A stretch of DNA of 64,000 nt from a virus. Where the stretch lies: IMG/VR virus record IMGVR_UViG_3300003629_000001; one strand, given 5' to 3'. Position numbers and translations under genes: made by a program. This document shows, in pieces, positions 29,244 through 38,776 of this stretch. Below the pieces are notes generated by a model that saw nothing but the letters and a program-made list of their open reading frames with translations, made no database searches and was not told where the DNA came from. Positions within the stretch are counted from its first letter, which is position 1. The number at the start of each line of letters is the position of its first letter.

Positions 29244-30641
29244 ATGCCCAAGCAAACGATAGAGGGTGAGTCAACGACCGCGACGGTCATGACTGACCAA
29301 TACGACGACAATTGTGGTGAGCAAATTCAGACGATTGCTGACCACGAAGCCTTCGAGAATCCGATAGCCATTATGCCGGACTGTCACTACGGAAGTGGCG
29401 CTGTCATTGGCTTTACCATGTCTATCGGAGAGCGTGTCGTCCCGAACACGGTGGGAGTTGACATTGGCTGTGGCATGACCGCACGCCACCTTGGCGACGA
29501 CCTATTCGCTGACGCTCCCGAGTATATCGGAATGCCGGAGATAGACGAACTCATTCGGAGCAACATTCCGTTCGGGAGAGAGGTGTACGACTACGAGGAA
29601 CAGAACTACCACATTGTAGACGATTTCCCGTGGGACGAATGTCAGGACACCTTCGAGAAGTTCGTAGAGGCTGTTGACTGGCTTGACCAGTCCGACGTAG
29701 ACGAGTTCATGGGGTACGGAAAAGCATACTTCATGGACGTGTGCCAGCGGGTACACTACGACCAGAGTCGGGCTATCAACAGTCTCGGGACGCTTGGTGG
29801 CGGGAATCACTTCGTAGAGATTGCCGAGTCTGAAAAGAACGGTGACTACTGGGTTGTCGTCCACTCGGGGAGTCGGGGTATCGGCCTCTCAATCGCCCAG
29901 CACTGGCAAGATAAGGCGACCCAGTTCACGACCGCTCGGAAGAACATCGAAGACGTTCCCGACGACCTTCGGCCCTACCTCAAGGAGAACTGGAAGCCGG
30001 ACGCTGACGCGATTCGCTCGGATTTCGAGGGCGAAGAGATTCAGCGTATGTTCGACCGTATTAGCGGTGCAATTCAGGAATACGGCCCGAACGCTGACAA
30101 TCGCAACAACGACCTTGACTGGCTGGAAGGCGACGAAGCACTCGGCTACTGTATCGACATGATTTTTGCCCAACGCTACGCGAGCGAGTCACGGCGGATT
30201 ATGGTCGATACCGTTGCTGACCTGATTGGAAACGCTACTGAAGTCGAGTACGTGGAATCCACGCACAATTATATCGACTTTCAGGACGGCATGATTCGCA
30301 AGGGCGCGACGAAGGCCAACGAGGGCGAGCGTCTGATTATCCCGTTCAACATGAGAGACGGTACTATCGTTTGTCGTGGGAAGGGCAACGACGACTGGAA
30401 TATGTCGGCCCCACACGGCGCTGGACGCCGTATGAGTCGAACGCGTGCGTTTTCGGAACTGGACGTAGACGAGTTCCACGACACCATGAGCGACGTGTTC
30501 AGCACTTCGGTCAACGAAGAGACGCTGGACGAAGCCCCCGCCGCCTACAAGGACACCGCTGTCATTGAGTCGGTAATCGAAGAGACAGCGGAAATCGAAG
30601 ACCGCTGGACTCCGGTCATGAACCTCAAGGCCGAAGAGTGA
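29244..30641 (+). CDS. rtcB: RtcB RNA 3'-phosphate/5'-OH ligase
   Basis: MPDCH, GVDIGCG, GGGNHFVE, HSGSRG, HN, RKGA, HGAGR, DEAP.AYK. Confidence 0.95.
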   Translation: MPKQTIEGESTTATVMTDQYDDNCGEQIQTIADHEAFENPIAIMPDCHYGSGAVIGFTMSIGERVVPNTVGVDIGCGMTARHLGDDLFADAPEYIGMPEIDELIRSNIPFGREVYDYEEQNYHIVDDFPWDECQDTFEKFVEAVDWLDQSDVDEFMGYGKAYFMDVCQRVHYDQSRAINSLGTLGGGNHFVEIAESEKNGDYWVVVHSGSRGIGLSIAQHWQDKATQFTTARKNIEDVPDDLRPYLKENWKPDADAIRSDFEGEEIQRMFDRISGAIQEYGPNADNRNNDLDWLEGDEALGYCIDMIFAQRYASESRRIMVDTVADLIGNATEVEYVESTHNYIDFQDGMIRKGATKANEGERLIIPFNMRDGTIVCRGKGNDDWNMSAPHGAGRRMSRTRAFSELDVDEFHDTMSDVFSTSVNEETLDEAPAAYKDTAVIESVIEETAEIEDRWTPVMNLKAEE

Positions 30642-30774
30642 CGGGGTTAATCCTCGTCATGCCGGGTGGCGGGGAACAGAGGATTCCCGACGCGGATGAA
30701 CTAATCGAACAACTTCGAGACGGAAACGGACACCACGTCACTGACGACGGTGCGTGGGTGCGGGCAACAGCAAA

Positions 30775-31086
30775 ATGACTGAACTACGAGACTTACAACA
30801 CGAAGCGTGGATGATAGCCGAAGAGAGTGGTTTCCATGAAGGCGACGAAGCCGGGGAAGACGCTCGGAGTCGGGCGAAGATACTCGCTCTGATTCACTCC
30901 GAAATCTCCGAAGCACTCGAAGCGGACAGGGAAGGCGACGACGAGAACTACCGGGAAGAACTTGCTGATACGGTTATCAGGATTCTTGACCACGCCGAGA
31001 CGGAAGGTATCGACCTGACCGAAGAGATAGAAGCAAAGTTCGAGGTGAACCGCGACCGGGAGTTCAAGCACGGGAAGCAATACTAA
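30775..31086 (+). CDS. mazG: MazG-like nucleotide pyrophosphohydrolase
   Basis: LIHSEISEALEA...EELAD..IR..D. Confidence 0.8.
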   Translation: MTELRDLQHEAWMIAEESGFHEGDEAGEDARSRAKILALIHSEISEALEADREGDDENYREELADTVIRILDHAETEGIDLTEEIEAKFEVNRDREFKHGKQY

Positions 31087-32189
31087 TGGACGAACTCTCA
31101 ATCACGGAACTGGACGACAAGGAAGGCGTCGTCTACGTTCTCGGTATCGCTCACAAAGCCCCCGAGTCCGTTCGGAAGTGGTTCTACGGCGACGAGTTCC
31201 GAAATGCCTTCCTCAAGCGATTCGACCATGCTGAAATGCTTCGTGTTCCGGGCGCGGTTGGAACAGTCGAAGTGACTGAAACGTCGAAGCAAGAACTCGA
31301 AGAGTTGTTAGACCTATGAGCGTTCGTCCGAACTACGGTCAGCGACGGATTCACGTCACGCCCGAAGTGATAGAAGCGTGGCTGGTCAACGAGAACCGGG
31401 TGACGGCTAACTTACCGGACGACGCCCGTTTCGTTCGGATGTACGCTCGTGACCGTGGTGGGTACTACCTCGTCTTCGAGAGTACCGAGTGGGACGAACT
31501 CGCTGAAGGCGAGAATATCCCGAAGGAGAGCGTCACGGTCGAACGAGCGAATACGAGAGTCACAATTCAAAAATGACTGATACGGATAATCTGACGACAG
31601 TTCCGTGTGGCTGTGGCGATTTCAGTATAGAGGTGTCGAATACCTCTGTCGTCAACAAGTTCGACGTGGTGTGTCCCGAGTGCGACAACCACTTTGGGTG
31701 GCGAGAGAAATCGGGGAAATACAACTTCCTCGAAGAACTGTCCGCCCTCGAACACCGTCAGTGGATTCACTGGACGAAAGCGCTGGCGAAGCGCGAAGAC
31801 CTTCCTGACGGACTCGTAGAGCGCTGGGAAGAGAACTGGATTCCCTACGGGGAACTCGAAGACGACGTGAAAGAGCAAGACCGCGAGTGGGCGCGTAAAG
31901 CCCTCAAAATCATGAAAGGTAATCACGAATGAGAGGTTTCGGTGACGCTATTCAGTTGGCACAGAAAGAAGCGGAACGGCGTTTCCCCGAGGGGGAGTAC
32001 ACCCTTCAAACGCTACAGTGGTGCGACGGCGACTACCGAATCACTGTCCGAAACGGGTTTAGCATGACCGAGGAAGAGAACTCACTACAGAAAGAAATCG
32101 TCGTGACGCCGCACCAAGCGAAGGTGCAACTTCGAGAGACTACCCAGTCGGAAGAGTATAGCGTCCACGACGAAGAGGTGCTACAATGA
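31086..32189 (+). other. four small coupled hypothetical ORFs (31086-31319, 31316-31576, 31573-31932, 31929-32189)
   Basis: ATGA overlaps and acidic composition. Confidence 0.55.
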
Positions 32190-33436
32190 GCGAAGAGTCG
32201 TGGGTAGAGAAGTACAGACCCGAGGTGTGGGGTGACATTCAGGGGAACAATAGTGACCTTGACGACCTGAAAGACTGGTGTCGTAATTTCACTCCCGGCG
32301 ATACGCCGCAATTGTTAGTCGGGACGCAAGGCACTGGGAAGACCAGCACAGCGAACGTAATCGCCAACAAGATGGATTGGCCGATGAATCAGACCAACGC
32401 CAGTGACAAGCGCTCTTCGGAAGATATAGCGCGACTGGCGGCGTCTATCTACACCACGCCACCGGACGCGGAGTTCCAACTGGTGCTGATTGACGAGATA
32501 GACAGTCAGTCGTCTCGCACTAACAAGCGTCCGTTGTACGACGCGCTGGACTCTCCGAATAACCCTGTTATCATTACGGCGAACGACGAGTACGATATTC
32601 CACAGGGTATCAAGAGTCGCTGTAAGATTCGGGAGTTTAAACTGTCGAAGGCGTCGAAGGCGGCTAAACTGAAAGACATAGCCGAAGCCGAGGGCATTCG
32701 AGACGAAATGTCCGACGCTGACCTTGAAGACCTATCCGAGCGGGCTGACCTTCGCTCCGCGATTCAGGATATGCAAACGTGGGCGAAGCAGGATATTCCG
32801 CCGGGTCAGGACGAACGTGACGTGGAAATCGGTGAGTTCGAGGTTATGGATAATATCATGCGAGGGACGAAGGAAGCGGGTCAGGTCAGCCCGCCCGATT
32901 TGGTCATGTGGCTTGACGAGAACCTTCGCAAAGAGTTCCGGGGCGTCGAAGCGCTCACCGCCTACGACACGCTCGCCAACGCCGACAAGTGGCTCGCACG
33001 CGCCCAGCAGGAAGACTATCGGTTCTGGAAGTACGCTGGGGAATTGGCCGAACAGACGGCGACACAGCGCGTGACAGAGCCTTACGACGGCTGGATGGAC
33101 AAGGACTTTCCCGAGTGGTTCCGGCACAAGCAACCCAACGCGCACGGGGAGAAGCCCGAAGCGCGGCTGTACCGGAAACTTAAGGACTGGGAAGGCGGTT
33201 CTTTCCAGTTCGCCGGGGACTACACCCACTTCCTGAACGTGGTGCTACCCCTACTCGAAGACCTACCGCTGGACGAGCGCCGTCAAATGGTGTTAGAATT
33301 GAGCCTTGACGACGGCGAAATGGAAGCGCTGGGTGTCAGTCCGAAGCGCTATAAGAAGTGGGCACAGTCGGACGTACCAGCCGAGCGCCAGCAGAACGAA
33401 GCGGAACTACAGACGACGGACGTGCTGGACTACTAA
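32186..33436 (+). CDS. rfcL: replication factor C large subunit
   Basis: WVEKYRP, GTQGTGKT, NASD.R, IDEID, AND.Y, DLRSAI.D, W.DEN. Confidence 0.9.
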   Translation: MSEESWVEKYRPEVWGDIQGNNSDLDDLKDWCRNFTPGDTPQLLVGTQGTGKTSTANVIANKMDWPMNQTNASDKRSSEDIARLAASIYTTPPDAEFQLVLIDEIDSQSSRTNKRPLYDALDSPNNPVIITANDEYDIPQGIKSRCKIREFKLSKASKAAKLKDIAEAEGIRDEMSDADLEDLSERADLRSAIQDMQTWAKQDIPPGQDERDVEIGEFEVMDNIMRGTKEAGQVSPPDLVMWLDENLRKEFRGVEALTAYDTLANADKWLARAQQEDYRFWKYAGELAEQTATQRVTEPYDGWMDKDFPEWFRHKQPNAHGEKPEARLYRKLKDWEGGSFQFAGDYTHFLNVVLPLLEDLPLDERRQMVLELSLDDGEMEALGVSPKRYKKWAQSDVPAERQQNEAELQTTDVLDY

Positions 33437-33438
33437 CA

Positions 33439-33687
33439 ATGCAAGGAATCAGCGGAACACTCCGATTCGAGTCGCACGAAGAGTTAGAAGAATACTTCGA
33501 CTGGGCCGAAGGCTTCCTCATGACGAAGCAGGACGTGGAACAGGGTCTACAGGGCGTACCAGACGACGAAGTGCCGTATCCGCTCGAACTCGAAATCGAC
33601 TTGGCGAAGCAAACTGTGAAGAATCTCGCCAAGAAGAACCCCGAGAAGACAGTCGAACTACAGAACAAGTGGCTGGAATCGGAGTAA
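33439..33687 (+). CDS. hypothetical protein (paralog of the next ORF)
   Basis: aligns by eye with 33718..33981. Confidence 0.55.
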   Translation: MQGISGTLRFESHEELEEYFDWAEGFLMTKQDVEQGLQGVPDDEVPYPLELEIDLAKQTVKNLAKKNPEKTVELQNKWLESE

Positions 33688-33717
33688 GACTTATACCAGT
33701 TCATCCCCTATCAAGGA

Positions 33718-33981
33718 ATGAAGACAATGTGGAAAGGCAAACTCAAAATTGAAGACGAGGAGAGCATGACCGAGTTCTTCGTTAACACCTCGGACGCGCT
33801 CATTACGCAAGATGAAAAGAACCGGATTGCCGAGGTAGTCCAAGAGGCTGACACCGTGTCGTGGCCTATGGAAATCGTGTTCGAGATTCAGGAAGATACG
33901 TGGGAAGCGTTCTCGAACAACCACCCGGACGAAGCCAAGGTAATCGAAAACCACCTCGAACAGCAACCCACCCAAGCATGA
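33718..33981 (+). CDS. hypothetical protein
   Basis: preceded by the conserved promoter motif. Confidence 0.6.
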   Translation: MKTMWKGKLKIEDEESMTEFFVNTSDALITQDEKNRIAEVVQEADTVSWPMEIVFEIQEDTWEAFSNNHPDEAKVIENHLEQQPTQA

Positions 33982-34364
33982 GCGGAGAAATGCAAGACGC
34001 TCACGGGTACTACTGTAAGACGTGCGGGGACGAGATAGCAGATATAATCGAACTCGTCCAGCACGGGTGCGAGGAACCGCTGGCCGCGCCGTCGCTCTCG
34101 AAGGGTGAGCGGGCGACCCTCATGTATATTGAGAGTCGCGTTGTGGAACACCGGGGCGAGTTAGACCACGAGCAAATGAACTACGACGACCAACAGAACA
34201 TCAAGGTCTTTCAGGCGGCTGGACTCCTTGAGATAGACGAGTTCACCGTGAAGGTGTTCTCTGACGCGGCGTGGAATCTCACCCGCGACTGTCGGCAAAT
34301 GCGTGCTGACAGTTGGATTGAGGGCGACACGGACATAGGCGACGTGCCGGGTGACTTGAAGTGA
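33978..34364 (+). CDS. hypothetical protein (Zn finger plus wHTH-like region)
   Basis: CKTC..HGC, then 'LSKGERATLMYI...AAGLLE'. Confidence 0.5.
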   Translation: MSGEMQDAHGYYCKTCGDEIADIIELVQHGCEEPLAAPSLSKGERATLMYIESRVVEHRGELDHEQMNYDDQQNIKVFQAAGLLEIDEFTVKVFSDAAWNLTRDCRQMRADSWIEGDTDIGDVPGDLK

Positions 34365-34677
34365 GCGACGAAGTTCGTCTTCGCTTTGCTGGGTCGTTCG
34401 GTGACGGGTTAGAGTTCGTGGAAGCCGAAGACGGTGACGGTAACAGTATCGACGTGGGGACGTGGGAGCGCGACGGCGACTACCACATTCTGACGTTCGA
34501 CCCCGAGGATTCGGTATAGCGCTATGTGGTTTATTTTCGGGATTGTGACGCAAGCGGGGCCAGTGACCCTATATTCACAGATAAAGTTTTTTATCCTGCT
34601 GAATGGGGTCAAACAGCCCACCACCGCCTTCGGGCGAATAGCAAAACTCGCCGGTTTATATCCGCAAATCTGATACC

Positions 34678-35421
34678 ATGAAACAGAAACTCAAATCCAA
34701 AATCAGTAGCCTACTTGAGAGGTATGGTTACAAACCAATCGAAGTAATTCCTCATTGTTGCGAATGCGAGAATGAGGCTGACCACGCCACACAGCAAGCA
34801 CCCGGTCGCGGGCTTGACTACTGGTGCGAAGACCACTGTCCCGTCTGTAATCCGAGGGTGAACATTGACTGACCAACCTGACCCCAACGACCGAGACGCG
34901 TTCCTTGAGTGGATGGTCGGACGACAGTTCCGATACGACGTTGCCACGACGCAAATCCACTTCGAGGGAATCGAACCGATTGTCGAAGAGAGCGAAGTAG
35001 AAACCGAGTCCGGTAACGAACTCACCGAGAGCGTCAAAGCCGACTCCGTGTACCTACTCGCTGAAGAACTCACCACGACCGACGAGACAGTCGAAGGCGA
35101 AGTGACCGAAACCACTGTCCCGACTGTTGACCCAGCCGACGGAACCGGCGAGGAACACAAGATTCCCTTCGACACTGTGCGGGTCGCGTGGCTACAAGGA
35201 AGGATAGAAGAGATATGAACGGCTCAAGAGATAATCAAGGTGGGCGTACTAATCTCCGTGGAGAAACACCGACTCAAGCATTCGGAACAGCAGTGGTAGA
35301 AGCTTTTGCTCCACTTCTCCGAGACGCGCTTCAAGGACGTGAGATTAACGAGAAGAAAGCACGAGAACGGTTGGAACACCAACTGGAAGGCCGAGGCTTC
35401 GAGGTTGAAAAGAAAGAATGA
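34678..35421 (+). other. small hypothetical ORFs (34678-34872, 34865-35218, 35215-35421)
   Basis: coupled ORFs. Confidence 0.5.
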
Positions 35422-35726
35422 CCGTCGTTAGTATCCGCTGTCAAGAGTGCGACGAGGTGAAGCGTGAAGAGAAAATGGCTGGTATTCAGGTGTGCAAGGA
35501 GTGTTCGGGCGGCGACACCCCGGACTCACCCGAGGAAGACGACGACGCTAACTCCGAAGACGGGTCAGTTAGCAATGGAGGTGGCGTCAGCGAGGAAGAA
35601 ATCACCGAGGAATCTGACAGTACCCCTACTGACGACGCTGACACCGACGAAACGACGGACAGCGCCGAAAGAGACAAGAAGCCGCTTGAAGAATCATTTA
35701 ACGAGCAAGACCCGCTCGAATGGTAA
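35418..35726 (+). CDS. Zn-ribbon protein with acidic linker ending DPLEW
   Basis: CQEC...CKEC; the C-terminal PLEW matches the PolB end. Confidence 0.65.
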   Translation: MTVVSIRCQECDEVKREEKMAGIQVCKECSGGDTPDSPEEDDDANSEDGSVSNGGGVSEEEITEESDSTPTDDADTDETTDSAERDKKPLEESFNEQDPLEW

Positions 35727-35733
35727 TCCAACA

Positions 35734-36003
35734 ATGCCAACCATGATAGTCGAATTTGAAGACGTGAGTGCGACAATGGAAGGAACCGTAATCAAGGTCG
35801 AACGGAACACGGGTGGCCGCGAAGGCTACTTCTACTTCGGCCCCGAGTACATGGAAGAGTTCGACGGCGGGTCGTTTGCACTCTCGGCTGGGCGAGAACT
35901 CCCAGCGGAAATCGGCCTGCTACCGGACGGTGAGCGGGAAGCCCTTCGGGAGAATCTTTTTCCGAAGGACGACGACGAAGACTCCGGTGAGTCTGAAGAA
36001 TGA
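35734..36003 (+). CDS. hypothetical protein
   Basis: acidic ORF with ATG at 35734. Confidence 0.55.
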   Translation: MPTMIVEFEDVSATMEGTVIKVERNTGGREGYFYFGPEYMEEFDGGSFALSAGRELPAEIGLLPDGEREALRENLFPKDDDEDSGESEE

Positions 36004-36004
36004 C

Positions 36005-36307
36005 ATGGTAAAACCTGTACTCAACGTTCATACTGAATGGGTGGAGAACAAGTACGGGAAGCACCTCGAATTTCACTGTAGCAATTGCGGGAACATCGAA
36101 CGCATGGTTCGTCGGAACGCGACGAAATTCTGTTCGTCGTGTGACCGTCTCATGCAAGCCGAGAACTACAGTTGTTCGGGGGAAGCGCCTGACCCACAGA
36201 ATCCAAAGCGATTCCTTCGCAAGACAGCGAAGCGGCGTGGACTCCCCTACGATTACTACTACCCCGAGGAAGACGAACCGACGACAGACGACCCTTTGGA
36301 CTTTTAG
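36005..36307 (+). CDS. Zn-ribbon protein ending DDPLDF
   Basis: CSNC...CSSC, basic patch, C-terminal motif. Confidence 0.6.
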   Translation: MVKPVLNVHTEWVENKYGKHLEFHCSNCGNIERMVRRNATKFCSSCDRLMQAENYSCSGEAPDPQNPKRFLRKTAKRRGLPYDYYYPEEDEPTTDDPLDF

Positions 36308-36347
36308 ACCCCAAACGCTTTGCGCGTCGGAATAAGATTATACAACT

Positions 36348-36599
36348 ATGGTAGACGTTGGGTCGTTCGACATTTCAGTACACGCGCTCCTTCTCAAGTC
36401 TGACCAGTACGAAATACTGGTCGAAGCGAGAGAAGTGATGTACGGTGACAGGGCCAGTGAAGTGTCGCTGGCTTCTGTGATAGCCCTACTGGCACAGGAA
36501 GAGGTAGCGCGAAACAAGGACACGGACACTGACGCACTCATGGACGGCGTAACCGAGAGCGACGTTCCCTACGACGTAGACGAGGAATACCCACGATGA
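36348..36599 (+). CDS. hypothetical protein
   Basis: 83-aa ORF. Confidence 0.5.
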   Translation: MVDVGSFDISVHALLLKSDQYEILVEAREVMYGDRASEVSLASVIALLAQEEVARNKDTDTDALMDGVTESDVPYDVDEEYPR

Positions 36600-36714
36600 T
36601 TACTACAGCCATGTATATGTACGGTGTCATTGTTGGTTACAGTCAACCCGGCCCGGAGATAGGAATGTTTCTTTTCTTCGATATGAGTATGGCCGCTGTT
36701 CTTTCCTCATCGTA

Positions 36715-36903
36715 ATGATTACGCTCTCAATCGACATGACCGAGGAACAGGCCGAGGAAATGGTTGCGTCGATTCAGGACGCACTCGAAGAAGACGAACC
36801 GTGGACACCGGAACTCACGTTCCAACCCGAAGACGCCGAAAACATCCAAAAGAACCTGAAGTTTCAGGTTCGCCACAGCGACCACTACTACGAGAATTTA
36901 TAG
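36715..36903 (+). CDS. hypothetical protein
   Basis: 62-aa acidic ORF. Confidence 0.5.
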   Translation: MITLSIDMTEEQAEEMVASIQDALEEDEPWTPELTFQPEDAENIQKNLKFQVRHSDHYYENL

Positions 36904-36953
36904 TAGCAGAGGTTTTATAACCTTCTACAACCAATTTCTTCCCGAGATAAGAA

Positions 36954-37553
36954 ATGATTGAACTCGGGGACGTGCTTCAGGGCAAACGAGGTGAGCGTTT
37001 CGTAGGCTTAGTGACGGAAGCCGACTTGGAAGAGGTTCGAGTAGCGAAGTTCGACCGTCTCTACAACAACTACCAAGGGAGCGAACAGTTCGAGCAAGGC
37101 TTCATTCGCGCTCGAATCCGTGACGGTGTGTTCCACAAAAATGGACACGCCGACGAACTTTCGGAAGCGGTTGCTACGAGGCAAATGGAATCGGAGTCCG
37201 GTGAGTTCAGTGGTTCTACCGCGTACAAGTTCGACTCTACGGGGACGGAGAGTGTGTATCGCCACCTTAAGGCTGGGGAGAATCCGAAGGCGCTGGACAG
37301 CAACGCGGTTCTGTTCGACGCACACAGTAGCCAGTGGCGGACAGTTGTAGAGGCTGGCTGGCGCTCTGACGGGCTTGCTGACGACCTACTTCGGATGGGT
37401 GACGACTCAATAGAATCCGTCTCTACGGTCGTACAGGCCATGCGAGAAGGGCTGTGGTTGCTCATGACCGCGAACAATGCGACCGTCGCTGATAATCCGA
37501 ACGTGAACATAGACGGTGAGATTGACCCCGAGACGGGGAACATACTCGAATGA
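36954..37553 (+). CDS. hypothetical protein
   Basis: 199 aa; upstream TTTTATAA. Confidence 0.6.
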   Translation: MIELGDVLQGKRGERFVGLVTEADLEEVRVAKFDRLYNNYQGSEQFEQGFIRARIRDGVFHKNGHADELSEAVATRQMESESGEFSGSTAYKFDSTGTESVYRHLKAGENPKALDSNAVLFDAHSSQWRTVVEAGWRSDGLADDLLRMGDDSIESVSTVVQAMREGLWLLMTANNATVADNPNVNIDGEIDPETGNILE

Positions 37554-37933
37554 GTCTACCAGTCGGGTTGGGTGGACTCGTTGATACTGACGAACTCAAG
37601 CCCCCACAGGGTCGCAATACGCAAGGCCCGACTGGTTCGAGAGAGTTCACGACGCTCATGAACCAAATCAACGGAGAAGGGAAGAGCGAGCGCGTGGACT
37701 TGAGCATAGGTGGCTACGTCACAATATCCCTATCACCGTACAACTGGACGCTTTACGATTGCGAGTATCAGCACGACCCGACTATTGAAGAGAATATCGC
37801 TCGCGCCGAGTTCGTTGACGCCGGTGGTCACTCCGAAGCGGTTCTTCTAATTGACATAGAGAGCGGGGAAGTGGTGTCCGTACAGGTAAATCGTCGGGGC
37901 GAACACATGGTCGGTACATATAGTGGCCCATGA
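37550..37933 (+). CDS. IGGYV-motif protein 1
   Basis: DLSIGGYVTISL. Confidence 0.6.
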   Translation: MSLPVGLGGLVDTDELKPPQGRNTQGPTGSREFTTLMNQINGEGKSERVDLSIGGYVTISLSPYNWTLYDCEYQHDPTIEENIARAEFVDAGGHSEAVLLIDIESGEVVSVQVNRRGEHMVGTYSGP

Positions 37934-38274
37934 ACGAGAACCAAATCATCATACTGTGGGTCTTCGGTGTTGCTGTGATATACGCACTCGACTGGATTCC
38001 GGGGATAGTTTATCTCGCCGCTGTCGCTCCCCCAATATTATATCACGCCCGAACCACGTACCCTCGAAAGACGAGCGTGGAAGAAATGGAACACGCGGAC
38101 TCACACTCGGAGATTGAAAATGACGAGGTGACGGTCGATAGCGAGTACACGGAGCGAATCGAACTGGAAATCGGTGGCTACGTCGAACTCGAATGCTGGA
38201 AGGAAGTGCCGTTCAGCGAAGCCAGCGAGGAAGAGAAAGACCAGAAGCCACCTCTTGAGAAGTTCTACGAATGA
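37930..38274 (+). CDS. IGGYV-motif protein 2 (N-terminal membrane anchor)
   Basis: hydrophobic N-terminus; ELEIGGYVELE. Confidence 0.6.
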   Translation: MNENQIIILWVFGVAVIYALDWIPGIVYLAAVAPPILYHARTTYPRKTSVEEMEHADSHSEIENDEVTVDSEYTERIELEIGGYVELECWKEVPFSEASEEEKDQKPPLEKFYE

Positions 38275-38396
38275 CCTACACGTACAAGTCAGAAATCGCA
38301 ATCGGCGGGTACGTTCGCTTCGAGTACGAACACTCGGGGAAGGAAGCGCGTGACAGAATGGGTCAATCGCTGGCGAACACGATGGACGAACTATGA
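38271..38396 (+). CDS. IGGYV-motif microprotein (41 aa)
   Basis: MTYTYKSEIAIGGYVRFEYEHSGKEARDRMGQSLANTMDEL; ATGA overlaps. Confidence 0.6.
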   Translation: MTYTYKSEIAIGGYVRFEYEHSGKEARDRMGQSLANTMDEL

Positions 38397-38515
38397 GGGA
38401 AGCAGAAATCGAATTACAAATAGGCGGCTGTGTTCAGTTCGAGTACGCGTTGACAGCCGGTGAAGCGCTATCCGGTAAGGGGCAAGAACTGGCGGACGTA
38501 ATGAACGAACTATGA
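38393..38515 (+). CDS. IGGCV-motif microprotein (40 aa)
   Basis: MREAEIELQIGGCVQFEYALTAGEALSGKGQELADVMNEL. Confidence 0.6.
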   Translation: MREAEIELQIGGCVQFEYALTAGEALSGKGQELADVMNEL

Positions 38516-38658
38516 AAACAAAGCACGAAACTGTTAACATAAATATCGGCGGATTCATTCGAGTGACCACGAAGCACTACGAACCGGGAGACACAGGAAA
38601 GCAGGTGAGTGAAGCACAGGACACGGCGGCGGATGTGCTGGAAGAGTTCGACCTGTAA
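38512..38658 (+). CDS. IGGFI-motif microprotein (48 aa)
   Basis: MKTKHETVNINIGGFIRVTTKHY...AADVLEEFDL. Confidence 0.55.
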   Translation: MKTKHETVNINIGGFIRVTTKHYEPGDTGKQVSEAQDTAADVLEEFDL

Positions 38659-38689
38659 ATTTGAATCCAGTTCTCTTTTTCGTACCCAT

Positions 38690-38762
38690 AGTTTTATAGG
38701 ATTATGGTGAGAAGCGTAGGACGCGCCCCGACGCTCCCAACCCCCCATAACCGGGGCGCGTC
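38690..38762 (+). promoter_or_regulatory. tRNA-operon promoter and 5' hairpin
   Basis: TTTTATA box at ~38692; perfect 11-bp stem GACGCGCCCCG (38720-30)/CGGGGCGCGTC (38752-62). Confidence 0.55.
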
Positions 38763-38776
38763 ACACGCTTCAGAGT

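Noticed and set aside
25494-31086. Modified-base pathway (dZ or 7-deazaguanine)
   Set aside because: Only generic nucleotide enzymes; no PurZ, QueC/D/E, FolE or DpdA recognised in the window
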